From a virus (Duplodnaviria; Caudoviricetes), in IMG/VR virus record IMGVR_UViG_3300027877_000008, positions 1 through 47,166 of that record: a DNA stretch of 47,166 bases, one strand, 5' to 3'. This document shows, one piece after another, positions 1 to 8,600 of the stretch (within the stretch, counting starts at the first letter, position 1; the number at the start of each line of letters is the position of its first letter). The position numbers and the translations under genes were made by a program. Below the pieces are notes generated by a model. That model worked only from the letters and a program-made list of their open reading frames with translations. It made no database searches and was not told the DNA's origin.

Positions 1-52
1 TTCTCACCCCCCCCACCAGGTTGTTTCAGATCACCCGCTCGATCAGGGCAAA

Positions 53-118
53 GTCACCCCCCCCCTTGCTCCCCCTGAGTGGATCTCAGGGAGGCGAGCA
101 AGGGGGGGAGGGGGTGAC
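53..118. terminator. Extended GC-rich stem-loop downstream of the minus-strand gene
   Basis: GTCACCCC(53-60) pairs with GGGGTGAC(111-118), CCCCCTTGCTC(61-71) with GAGCAAGGGGG(96-106), and CCCTGAG(73-79) with CTCAGGG(85-91). Terminator role is inferred from position only. Confidence 0.45.
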
Positions 119-147
119 CCCCTCCCCTGTTCGGATCTGGCTTCGGA

Positions 148-423
148 TCAGGAGGCGGTCGCGGTCTCGGCGGACACGATCCGGAACCGGACCTCACCCA
201 GGGGGAAGGCGCCCGTTCCCTTGGCGCAGAGGTGGATCTTCTCGCCCTTGCCCATGACCCAGGTCACGGTCCGGGTGTTCGCCTCGCCCTCGATCTGGAT
301 CTTCTCCCCGGGCCGCCACTCCTTGGTCCCCGCCACCAGCCCCACCCCGAGGGATCCGGTGTCACGGTTGTTGGTCACACAGAGGGTGAAACGGTTGGTC
401 TGGTTGGTCTGGTCGTCGCTCAT
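148..423 (-). CDS. Hypothetical 91-aa protein, high-GC codon usage, beta-rich
   Basis: Starting at MSDDQTNQ the ORF has strong GC3 bias and a globular-looking sequence. The upstream extension in the ORF track runs through repeats and promoter motifs. Confidence 0.65.
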   Translation of the reverse strand: MSDDQTNQTNRFTLCVTNNRDTGSLGVGLVAGTKEWRPGEKIQIEGEANTRTVTWVMGKGEKIHLCAKGTGAFPLGEVRFRIVSAETATAS

Positions 424-488
424 GTCGTGCCTCGTTGTGCTGCGTGGTTGCCGTGGCGGACGATCCGCCCCGGTTGCTGCCCTCGCCC

Positions 489-504
489 TGCATCTGCCGT
501 GCCG
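489..504 (-). promoter_or_regulatory. sigma54-like -24/-12 site
   Basis: Reverse complement CGGCACGGCAGATGCA (GG-N10-GC). Confidence 0.5.
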
Positions 505-544
505 CTCGCCCACCCTCGCCCGATCCCCTCGCCCACCCTCGCCC

Positions 545-560
545 TGCATCTGCCGTGCCG
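545..560 (-). promoter_or_regulatory. sigma54-like -24/-12 site
   Basis: Reverse complement CGGCACGGCAGATGCA (GG-N10-GC). Confidence 0.5.
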
Positions 561-608
561 CTGATCCGCTCCGATCCGGGGGGGGCGTCCCGGATCGCTC
601 CGAGCCCC

Positions 609-625
609 TGCACCGAGCGTGCCAA
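609..625 (-). promoter_or_regulatory. sigma54-like -24/-12 site
   Basis: Reverse complement TTGGCACGCTCGGTGCA. Confidence 0.6.
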
Positions 626-653
626 GACGCGTTGCGTCAACCCCGTAGATCAA

Positions 654-670
654 AGCAAGAAACGTGCCAA
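654..670 (-). promoter_or_regulatory. sigma54 promoter, consensus match
   Basis: Reverse complement TTGGCACGTTTCTTGCT matches YTGGCACG-N4-TTGCW. Confidence 0.72.
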
Positions 671-780
671 AACAAGAAAGGGTGACTGCCCTCAAGGGAC
701 CCGGTTAGAGTTGTAGCTGAATTTAACTGGATAGATATATGTATACCAAAATAGTCACGCGGGACCCAAGCTGTGATGAG

Positions 781-796
781 CGGCCCGCATCTTGCA
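781..796 (+). promoter_or_regulatory. sigma54-like promoter for the mini-gene array
   Basis: CGGCCCGCATCTTGCA (GG-N10-GC, TTGCA at -12), followed by GGAG at 808-811 and a GTG start at 818. Confidence 0.6.
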
Positions 797-817
797 TCTT
801 TCGGCGCGGAGCCGGCC

Positions 818-1048
818 GTGTTTAAAACTGGAGATATTATTACGTGGCAGGGACCCGAAATGGCAAGATTGTCCTCTATTGGAGATGGGTATAATATTGT
901 ATCTGGGGAGAAGTTTATCGTAAAGACTATTGTTCAAGTTAGTATAGATCATTATAGATGGCGAGGATATGCGCGCATTCTACGAACAAGTGGATCCTTA
1001 ACTTATATATACGATAATGAATATCACCATTGTAGTGTTACTAACTGA
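818..1048 (+). CDS. Small beta-barrel-like paralog 1
   Basis: GTG start chosen by identity with the next gene (FKTGDIITWQGPE). Has GEKFIV and a C-terminal Cys. Confidence 0.75.
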   Translation: MFKTGDIITWQGPEMARLSSIGDGYNIVSGEKFIVKTIVQVSIDHYRWRGYARILRTSGSLTYIYDNEYHHCSVTN

Positions 1049-1116
1049 AGTGAGTTTCTAGGGTAGCAAACCTATGTTTAAAACTGGAGATATTATTACG
1101 TGGCAGGGACCCGAAA
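819..1116 (+). repeat. 42-bp exact direct repeat (819-860, 1075-1116)
   Basis: TGTTTAAAACTGGAGATATTATTACGTGGCAGGGACCCGAAA at the 5' end of two adjacent genes. Confidence 0.95.
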
Positions 1117-1310
1117 GAGGGAGAATATATGGTGATTACCCAGAGATTAAATATGGGGATAAATTCATTGTCACCAATGAACGTATGAAACCATTCATTG
1201 GTTATAACTACCAGATTGAACAGTCCACGGTACTAATAGGATTAGATGGACGTACATCATATGTATATGATAGCGAATTTTACCACTGTCTGGTCCTAGA
1301 GACGAAATAG
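1074..1310 (+). CDS. Small beta-barrel-like paralog 2
   Basis: MFKTGDIITW...GDKFIV...LDG...YVYDSEFYHC, paralogous to the previous ORF. Confidence 0.8.
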   Translation: MFKTGDIITWQGPERGRIYGDYPEIKYGDKFIVTNERMKPFIGYNYQIEQSTVLIGLDGRTSYVYDSEFYHCLVLETK

Positions 1311-1314
1311 TCAA

Positions 1315-1572
1315 ATGCTTCCGATTCGTGGTGAGCTCTATGAAGTGGTTAAATCCTGCAAACGACGATCTAGAAGTAATCAAGATTGGAATCGTGATTG
1401 GGAAGTCGGGGATCGTTTTATTATAGATTTTGTTCAATCATTATATAGAGATGGGGTCAAACGTAAGGACCCAGAACATTTAGTACCACTACTAGTTTAT
1501 GTTATTTTCTGGGGTCGTCACTACAGGATCAATTCCTATTTCCTGGAGCATTTTTGTGTTAAAATCGGCTAA
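1315..1572 (+). CDS. Small paralog 3 (diverged)
   Basis: GELYEV...GDRFII...FC; tightly packed in the array. Confidence 0.7.
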   Translation: MLPIRGELYEVVKSCKRRSRSNQDWNRDWEVGDRFIIDFVQSLYRDGVKRKDPEHLVPLLVYVIFWGRHYRINSYFLEHFCVKIG

Positions 1573-1873
1573 TCTACCGAGCCAAGTCATTGTTCGAAGA
1601 AGTTCAGTAAATTTAGAAGTCGGCCAGGTCTGGCGTGCTGGTATACATATTTATCCTGATGCTTGGATGGGGATTACCATTGAGGGTCGGAAGCATAATT
1701 TACAGCCTTGCGAAAAATTTATTATTGCAAAACAACCTAATAATCCAGAATGGTATCTAGATGGTGACGATGTGGAAGTAATGTTGACTGACGGCCAACA
1801 TATTAAATTACCGCGCTGGGCATTTGAGCAGGATCAATTTTTATCACAGATTGGCCAGAATGACGCTAAATAA
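1499..1873 (+). CDS. Small paralog 4 (start uncertain; the conserved part begins near 1607)
   Basis: VGQVW...EKFII...VEVMLTDG. The ORF-track start overlaps the previous gene by 74 bp. Confidence 0.6.
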   Translation: MLFSGVVTTGSIPISWSIFVLKSANLPSQVIVRRSSVNLEVGQVWRAGIHIYPDAWMGITIEGRKHNLQPCEKFIIAKQPNNPEWYLDGDDVEVMLTDGQHIKLPRWAFEQDQFLSQIGQNDAK

Positions 1874-1881
1874 TTATAAGA

Positions 1882-2142
1882 TTGGTGAACGCAATGACTT
1901 ACACCACCAAATGTTGTTATAAAGATTTAGTAATAGGTCAAGTTTGGATTGACGAGAGCCCAATTAATGAAATTGAGGATGACCTCTGGGTTGATGAAAA
2001 ACTAATTATTTCAAACCTACCACATAAGAGATATAACTACAATCATGGCCTAGTCGAAGTGACTAGGTTAGATGGTACTAAGAAGGTTGAATATTGCTGT
2101 GTATTATTCAGTGAGAAGACATTAACTAAAATTGCTAACTAA
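1882..2142 (+). CDS. Small paralog 5
   Basis: IGQVW...EKLII...VEVTRLDG; start may be 1885 or 1894. Confidence 0.7.
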   Translation: MVNAMTYTTKCCYKDLVIGQVWIDESPINEIEDDLWVDEKLIISNLPHKRYNYNHGLVEVTRLDGTKKVEYCCVLFSEKTLTKIAN

Positions 2143-2145
2143 AAT

Positions 2146-2400
2146 ATGACACTAACACGAATCGGGCAGGTTTGGGAGATAACTAACCCACTTTCACAAC
2201 AATATGGGGACAAATTTATTATAGTAGGCCGCCCGATTGCACTGAATGAGCATGTCATGAAATATATTGAAGATATTAGTTTCGAAGATCAAGTAATGGT
2301 AGAATTCGAGTACATTAATGGTTCTCGCGGCGCTGGTAGTCTAAGATGGGTTCGTCACGAATGTACCCTTCTAGACAACCAAAGTTCTACTATCAAATAG
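2146..2400 (+). CDS. Small paralog 6
   Basis: IGQVW...GDKFII...VEFEYING...ECTLL. Confidence 0.75.
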   Translation: MTLTRIGQVWEITNPLSQQYGDKFIIVGRPIALNEHVMKYIEDISFEDQVMVEFEYINGSRGAGSLRWVRHECTLLDNQSSTIK

Positions 2401-2433
2401 AATTAGTGTATTACTACTTAATCTAAAATAGGT

Positions 2434-2483
2434 ATACAGATGAGCCCGGAAAGAGTTCAATATCTTTCCGGGCTCATCTGTAT
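2434..2483. terminator. 21-bp perfect inverted repeat with 8-nt loop, probable terminator of the mini-gene array
   Basis: ATACAGATGAGCCCGGAAAGA / TCTTTCCGGGCTCATCTGTAT. Confidence 0.7.
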
Positions 2484-2537
2484 TAATTTATAGTTTTACA
2501 AAATTCTATGACTATTAGGCATCATTCCACAAGTACC

Positions 2538-2567
2538 ACCCATAAGAATAATATTATTCTTATGGGT
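2538..2567. repeat. 30-bp perfect spacerless palindrome
   Basis: ACCCATAAGAATAAT|ATTATTCTTATGGGT. Confidence 0.95.
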
Positions 2568-2767
2568 ATATTAGTTGGATCCGCGGATCTAGACTTTATC
2601 AATAATGAATATGTTTACCTGATTAAGATATATTAACATAGGATTGAAGTATATACTATCTACACGTACACCAAATATAATGTGAGCTTGTTAAATTTAG
2701 CCTTGGTGCGGTAGTTTGTTATTCATACTATGATGCTAGGTTAGGGTAGACCACCATCATTGGCTTT

Positions 2768-3523
2768 ATGAGCCATCCTTTTTATCGAACTGCGTCTAAT
2801 GTATCTGGGCTGCCCAGCCGAGTTGAATCTACTATGTGGGATAAATTGAGAAAGGTGTCTCATCGAGTTTGGGAGATTAAAAGCTCAGATGATGAAATCA
2901 TCCCTGTCCGTAAAGAAAATGACATAGTGGAACCACAGATGGAGGAAGATGAGGAAGATGAGGAAGTTTCGGACGAACAATCTGATTTGTCAGAAATTGA
3001 ACCTGGAGATCTAGTTATATTACTGCTGGGTGGTCGAGAGCTACAGGCTAGAGTTTTATCACGTTGGGAAGACAATACTTACTCGCTGGTATCTAATGAA
3101 GGATATCTAGACAATATCGACAAATCTTGGTTGCAGAGAATGGCTCAGGCGGCACCTGCTTTAAATTTGTCATCACCACGCGCAATTACTCGTGAAGACA
3201 CTCCTGCACAACCCGGCGCACCTGCACAACCCGGCGCACCTGCACAACCCGGCGCACCTGCAACTACACCTGGAGACCCAGAAGCAATCGATTCATTACA
3301 ACGACTACTTCAATCCAGAGGTGGACACGCTGCCGTAGAATTATCACCTAGTAGTATTCTAGAATTACGACAAAGCGCGACTGGGGTTGCTGCTATACTA
3401 TGGCACATATCTACTCAAGCCGCAATGCAGCGTAGCTACAAAAACATGCAAGATTTAGTGTATGATCTACAGCTCAAAGGGTCTTACCAAGAACGTCCAG
3501 TTCAATTACTTCAACGACAATAG
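2768..3523 (+). CDS. Putative head-associated modular protein (acidic tract, SH3-like segment, PAQPGA repeats)
   Basis: 251-aa ORF with RTAS and QRMAQ motifs. Confidence 0.75.
   Translation: MSHPFYRTASNVSGLPSRVESTMWDKLRKVSHRVWEIKSSDDEIIPVRKENDIVEPQMEEDEEDEEVSDEQSDLSEIEPGDLVILLLGGRELQARVLSRWEDNTYSLVSNEGYLDNIDKSWLQRMAQAAPALNLSSPRAITREDTPAQPGAPAQPGAPAQPGAPATTPGDPEAIDSLQRLLQSRGGHAAVELSPSSILELRQSATGVAAILWHISTQAAMQRSYKNMQDLVYDLQLKGSYQERPVQLLQRQ
3203..3262 (+). repeat. 18-bp tandem repeat, about 3.3 copies (PAQPGA)
   Basis: CCTGCACAACCCGGCGCA repeated. Confidence 0.95.
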
Positions 3524-3604
3524 AATTATATCCACGAGTAACTGAGCTACGAGTTTACTGATCTTGTAGCAACACCTAATTTTGATTAATTCTATATATA
3601 CATT

Positions 3605-3621
3605 TAGGCATATTGTTTGCA
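3605..3621 (+). promoter_or_regulatory. Possible sigma54-like site
   Basis: TAGGCATATTGTTTGCA (GG-N10-GC), intergenic, upstream of the 3795 ORF. Confidence 0.35.
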
Positions 3622-3727
3622 TCATTCGGTCTTGATTTGATATAGAATCCAAGTCCATAGTATTGCTGGCAACATATAAGACCTTCTACTAGTGCGTGCT
3701 GCGTCGGAATGAATTTGTAAGGCTCGT

Positions 3728-3759
3728 GCCGCAACATAGTACCTGATAAATGTTGCGGC
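3728..3759. repeat. 10-bp inverted repeat with 12-nt spacer
   Basis: GCCGCAACAT / ATGTTGCGGC. Confidence 0.8.
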
Positions 3760-3794
3760 TTATACCATAAAATTATTATTTAGTAGAGGTTACC

Positions 3795-5000
3795 ATGTCA
3801 TATCTTGCACATTTCAAAATGTCTCAAGTTAATTGGAAAAAATATCCTAATCAATATATTAAGCGACCATTTACGGATCCAAAAGGGGTACGTGTGTCAC
3901 CAAAATTAGTGGTGGCTCCCGCAGTACTTAATATACTCAAGAAGATCGACGCGCTAGGATTCAGTATATCTAATTATTGGGATGTTGTTAGTCTTATGAA
4001 GATGCAGGCGGATCCATCTTTGCTTGGTGCTATCGAGGATATGACTCAAGAAGAATATCAATTAGTATATACCACATTAATTAAAGGTACACCACCGTCC
4101 AGCAACCCTATAGCTAAAGTATCTATGAGTATATTAGGAAATACGTCACATCTTACTATGCACACCTTGATTGCTCAAGCTGAAAACATAGATGAATTTA
4201 AGGAATTATTACAATTATTACTCGAAGCCGGATTTGATATGTCTAAGCCTCAAATAGCGTACCTTGTACTGATCATCCTAGGACGGTCTAACTCTCCATT
4301 CGCTAGTCTAGCTCAGCGATTATCAACGGTAGCCCGCGATCCCACAGCTTGGGGAAATGCTATAATTAATAATTGGCATTTAATTGAACCTCATGCGCCA
4401 ACACCCGATGAACTAACATATAATCCAGTTATGGAGAAACAATATTTTCCTTCGTCTGATCCAGGTAAAATGGATGAACATGAGGAGTCAGAGTTAGATC
4501 CAGCTACTGAGGAAGATATCTTACCAACAGACCACGATGAGTCTGAAGAATTAATACAAAATATCAATCAGCCTACCTCAACGGCACCTAGTACTCAAGT
4601 ACCAAGTAAACCTACGGTCCCAGTACCAAATATGCCCGCAATGCCCACTAAGACTCAAGGGCAAGGAGCTAGATCAACTAGTAAACAATTACAAGAAACA
4701 GTTGATAATTATGAGGAATTACGATTGGCAGTTCCTCCTGGGGTACGTAGTTTAGAGTGGGGAGCCAATAGTGGAATTAGAGTTATGGCTAAAAGTGGGC
4801 ATGGATCAGATATCGCCAAAGGCGGCATGCTACTTAAGCATTTTGGTACTATGGAGGATGGTATTTTAGTTGGAATTACTAGGTCTAATAAATTATATAT
4901 ACGTGTGCCACCAGAGTTAAGAACTGCGGAATGGGATCCAAATACTGAAGATATTAGGATTTCTGCGCATCATGGTAGGTGGAAGCCGTCAAATTATTAA
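3795..5000 (+). CDS. Hypothetical protein (401 aa)
   Basis: Long ORF with GAGG RBS, an N-terminal FKMSQ motif and a central acidic/Pro linker. Confidence 0.8.
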   Translation: MSYLAHFKMSQVNWKKYPNQYIKRPFTDPKGVRVSPKLVVAPAVLNILKKIDALGFSISNYWDVVSLMKMQADPSLLGAIEDMTQEEYQLVYTTLIKGTPPSSNPIAKVSMSILGNTSHLTMHTLIAQAENIDEFKELLQLLLEAGFDMSKPQIAYLVLIILGRSNSPFASLAQRLSTVARDPTAWGNAIINNWHLIEPHAPTPDELTYNPVMEKQYFPSSDPGKMDEHEESELDPATEEDILPTDHDESEELIQNINQPTSTAPSTQVPSKPTVPVPNMPAMPTKTQGQGARSTSKQLQETVDNYEELRLAVPPGVRSLEWGANSGIRVMAKSGHGSDIAKGGMLLKHFGTMEDGILVGITRSNKLYIRVPPELRTAEWDPNTEDIRISAHHGRWKPSNY

Positions 5001-5059
5001 CATGACCATTTTTAACATGACCATTTTTAATATAACCATTTTAACATGACCATCTTAAT
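4997..5059. repeat. 14-15-bp tandem repeat, 4 copies, intergenic
   Basis: TTAACATGACCATTT x2, TTAATATAACCATT, TTAACATGACCATC. Confidence 0.9.
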
Positions 5060-5128
5060 AATTTGATAGTATTGCTATCTTAATGATTTATGTTATTATT
5101 GTGATTATTTTAGTCTGGAGAAATCCAT

Positions 5129-5431
5129 ATGGCTTTTACCAAAGTTAGTGTTGATGATGCTGCCAAGCAATACTATAAGCTCTTGTGGGGCGAATACGGT
5201 GAGGAACTAGTTAAGAATATCCCGAGACGCATTAAAGCGATGCTATTAGAATCTAGAAAAGTTGCTAGTATTGATGATAAAGCGGTAGTACTACCACTAG
5301 CTCATGCTAGAAAAGGTACTGATTTAGTTCTTGAAGGTTTATATAAGGATGCAACTATACGTTTAGTATTTCAAGCGACTATCTCTAACAATGGTAATAT
5401 TGGGAATTTAAAGAGTTTTGAGATTAGATAA
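5129..5431 (+). CDS. Small head-associated protein with a VDxAAKxY...GxYG motif
   Basis: GGAG RBS; motif shared with the 821-aa protein. Confidence 0.8.
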   Translation: MAFTKVSVDDAAKQYYKLLWGEYGEELVKNIPRRIKAMLLESRKVASIDDKAVVLPLAHARKGTDLVLEGLYKDATIRLVFQATISNNGNIGNLKSFEIR

Positions 5432-5625
5432 TGAGTACACTGATTAATATTAGTGGCGGTAATCTACACCTAGAAAGCATCGGGATTTACCTATCACCAG
5501 GCGCTAGACTAGAATTTGATAATATTGATGAATTATTGGTACGATCCCCTGAAGTAACTCTTTACTTAGAACGGGGGCGGGTTCTAATTACTGAGCCTAC
5601 GCAAGAATCACCAAGGGAGAATTAA
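5431..5625 (+). CDS. Hypothetical protein (64 aa)
   Basis: TAATG-coupled to the upstream gene. Confidence 0.7.
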   Translation: MSTLINISGGNLHLESIGIYLSPGARLEFDNIDELLVRSPEVTLYLERGRVLITEPTQESPREN

Positions 5626-5629
5626 GTTT

Positions 5630-8600
5630 ATGCAAACTCGTGCGGCGCTTCAGGCCCTTAGTAAAGGTAAACATATATACGGCGATCGAGTTGGATCCTC
5701 ATTACTTGATCGTAGCAATAAATATATTGAAGACTACAATCAGATTGATAATCAGATCTTAGATCGACAGGAATCATTAATTGTATCAAGCCAATTACCG
5801 TTTGTGGAAACCCTTCGTAGAAAAGTCGCTAAATTAATGAGCGAACCTAATGGAGATCTACCAGTAATTACTAGATATGATTTGTATACTGGTATCCGTA
5901 AGGTATCAGAGAGAGCTCCGTCAGATATTGGACTAAGCAAGACTACTACATTGTTAGAACGAGCATGGCATCAGGATCCGTTAGGGACAATGACTTATAA
6001 AGTAGTATCTCAATTGATGAATCAAATTAAGGATCAGTATCCACGTTCAAAGGCCCGAGATGCTATTGAAGCTGAATGTGCACGAGTTGGACTACATAAG
6101 CTACCAGTAGCCAAATTGGCACGTATTGCATCAAGGATTGATAACCAGTCTGATTACGATCTTGCAATGGAAACACATGGGTTCGGCGGTAAACGCCCAG
6201 AACAGATTCGGGCTCGTGCTTTAGTTCGTGGTTTGGTAGCTTTGCGGGGTAAGATGATGGATTCTAATGAATCGCACCCTAAGAATTCACAAGATATTGG
6301 TGAACTAGTAGGATCTAAAATAGCGAGACTACAAAAAGAAGCTGATTACCAATTGACTTTAAATATGTTAACTGATGCTCAAGCACTTGCTAATAAATTA
6401 AATGATTTAGTAGATAAAGCAAGTGTAGAAGCCCACGCTGATGGAGCAGATGATGTTGGAACTGGTTTAGCCCAGCTTGCCGAGAAAATGTCTGCATGGG
6501 TATCTGAATTGAGTGCTGTTGGGCAGCAAGCATTGCCAATTTCTGAAGAACAAGTAGATCAATCATTACCTCAGAAATCAGAGACATCTGAAGTTCCGGC
6601 TAAAAGCCAAGAACAGCAAGATATTGAAGATGCAGGGATAGGTCCTAAAAAATGGTATGATCCTAGTACGTGGTTTAAAAAATACCCTAGTACAGCTGGG
6701 TTACTAAAAAACGCGCAACTAGTGCTTAATACTATTAATAACGATACATTAAAATACGAATTAAATAATTTTATTAATAGACTAAGTCAGTTTGCTCCAC
6801 CTAATCCCGCACCAGAACATGAAATATTGGAGACTCCAGGTGAAGAACAACTTGAGCATTCATTAGGAGTAGAGGTTAATCCAGATTTACCTGATGGTCA
6901 AGTAACTCCAATGGAAGTAGAGGAGGGAGTAGATGTTGTTGAAGATATTCAGGATGCGGCAGATCAAATTATTCAGGAAGCTCCACCTGAGGCGTTGGAT
7001 TATATAGATCATGAGACTAGTGAGGGTCACGGTGCGCCTCCTGGAACCGCACAATGGGGTGCTGAAGAAATTTTGGACGAGGGTCACGATGCTCCTCCTC
7101 CAACTGATCAATGGTTACAAGAAGAAATGGAAGAAATTAAAGGCGGTCCAGTAGGTGGCCTTAGATCGATGCAGCCACTTAATGAACTACCAGTTACTGC
7201 TAAGGCACCCCCTGGAATGGAAGACGTGGTTATGAAGTTGAAGAAACAATATCCAGGAGAACCAGAGAAAGCATTCGCCACTGCTTGGAGTATATATAAT
7301 AAACACAAGAAAAATAGCCAAAGTAAGCCTGGTAAATGTGATTGTGGCGAATGGTTAGGTGACTATGATCAATGTTTAGCGGGTCCAGATTGTATTCTTG
7401 AGCATATATCAAGAGAAGATTGGGAATTTGCCAAAGCTAATGATCGTACTGACTTAGAATATGAAGAATGGGTTCAGATGATGATTGGAGATACTGGCGA
7501 TAGACCATCAGAAAAGCAAAGTGCACGTCGCCCTAATCATGGAAATGGTATTCCAGTACCTGGTAAGATTAAGACCCAACCCAAAGTTACTACTTATGCT
7601 AAAGAAGTAGGTAAAGATGGCGGACAAGTATTGAAGACTTCTCAGATCGAAGATAGTCTACTTTCTGGGAATACGGTAAAAATCGGCAATGTGTCCATTA
7701 GTATCAATCAACAGAATGAGATTGAATTACATAATAAAACTTCTGGTCGTGCCTGTGATCTACTTCATATGGACACAGCTATTGCCGACTTCATAGCGAT
7801 GGTTAAGTCTGATGAGATGGAACGTAAAGCTAGTCGGTTAGACTATGTTTATGATATTACTCAATTAGTAAATGTCCCATGCGAGTCTTGTGGTGACATT
7901 ACTTTATTTGAGAAAGCTGCGGACATTAAAACTGGGCAATATGGATGCCTTTGCGGGCATCGTATTGCTGCATCTACCGTTGATGAATTAATGCGCCTTA
8001 TGCCTTGGACTCACACCTATGAGTTGAAAGTAAAGTATAATAATCAGCCATCGCGATATGTCGCGATCAAGGTATTACAACAAACTTTCCCTGATGTAGA
8101 AGTTAGGGATAATAAGAAGTTCTCTATATTGTCAAGTATCATAAATAGTGCGAGTAAATTAGATGTCTCTACGATACACAGGATCTTCAAGGCGGCAAAC
8201 GCTAGACCAGGTAGGATTCGGGTTGCCCAAATGGGGCAATTAGGTACTGATCCTCCAGCAACAGTTACACCTGCATCTGGTGGGAGTTTGACTACTACTG
8301 GCCCATCGGCCTCACCCATTGGTGAGAGCGGACTACCTCCGATGGATTTCAATCAGGTGGCTCAGGCTGCAATGACTAATTATCGTGCCCAAGGTATGAC
8401 TTTACCAGAAGCCCTGAAGAGCTTTATGAAAGAGCATGGTGAACGCTGGGGTGAGGGTCCAGATAATGATAGTATCTTCATGACCGCTTTAACTCAGACA
8501 TATGGATCTAGCGGTGCCCCAGCGACTAGTCAAGCAGCTCCACCACCTCAGCCTACCGGTCCAGGAATGATGGCGTCAAAACATGCCGCTGATAGTAAAA

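Larger units (their letters stand above)
480..562. repeat. 27-bp direct repeat, 2 copies (480-506, 536-562)
   Basis: CCCTCGCCCTGCATCTGCCGTGCCGCT occurs twice. Each copy contains a minus-strand sigma54-like motif. Confidence 0.9.

Noticed and set aside
21-716. Several overlapping ORFs in the GC-rich end (21-257, 221-685, 232-564, 362-640, 420-695, 435-716)
   Set aside because: They are Arg/Pro-rich shadow frames typical of high-GC DNA; only 148-423 (-) has a protein-like sequence and codon bias
819-1116. Possible diversity-generating retroelement TR/VR pair
   Set aside because: The repeat is identical, lies at 5' ends, shows no adenine-specific mismatches, and there is no reverse transcriptase in the window
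4997-5059. Possible CRISPR array
   Set aside because: The units are adjacent with no spacers, and there are no cas genes
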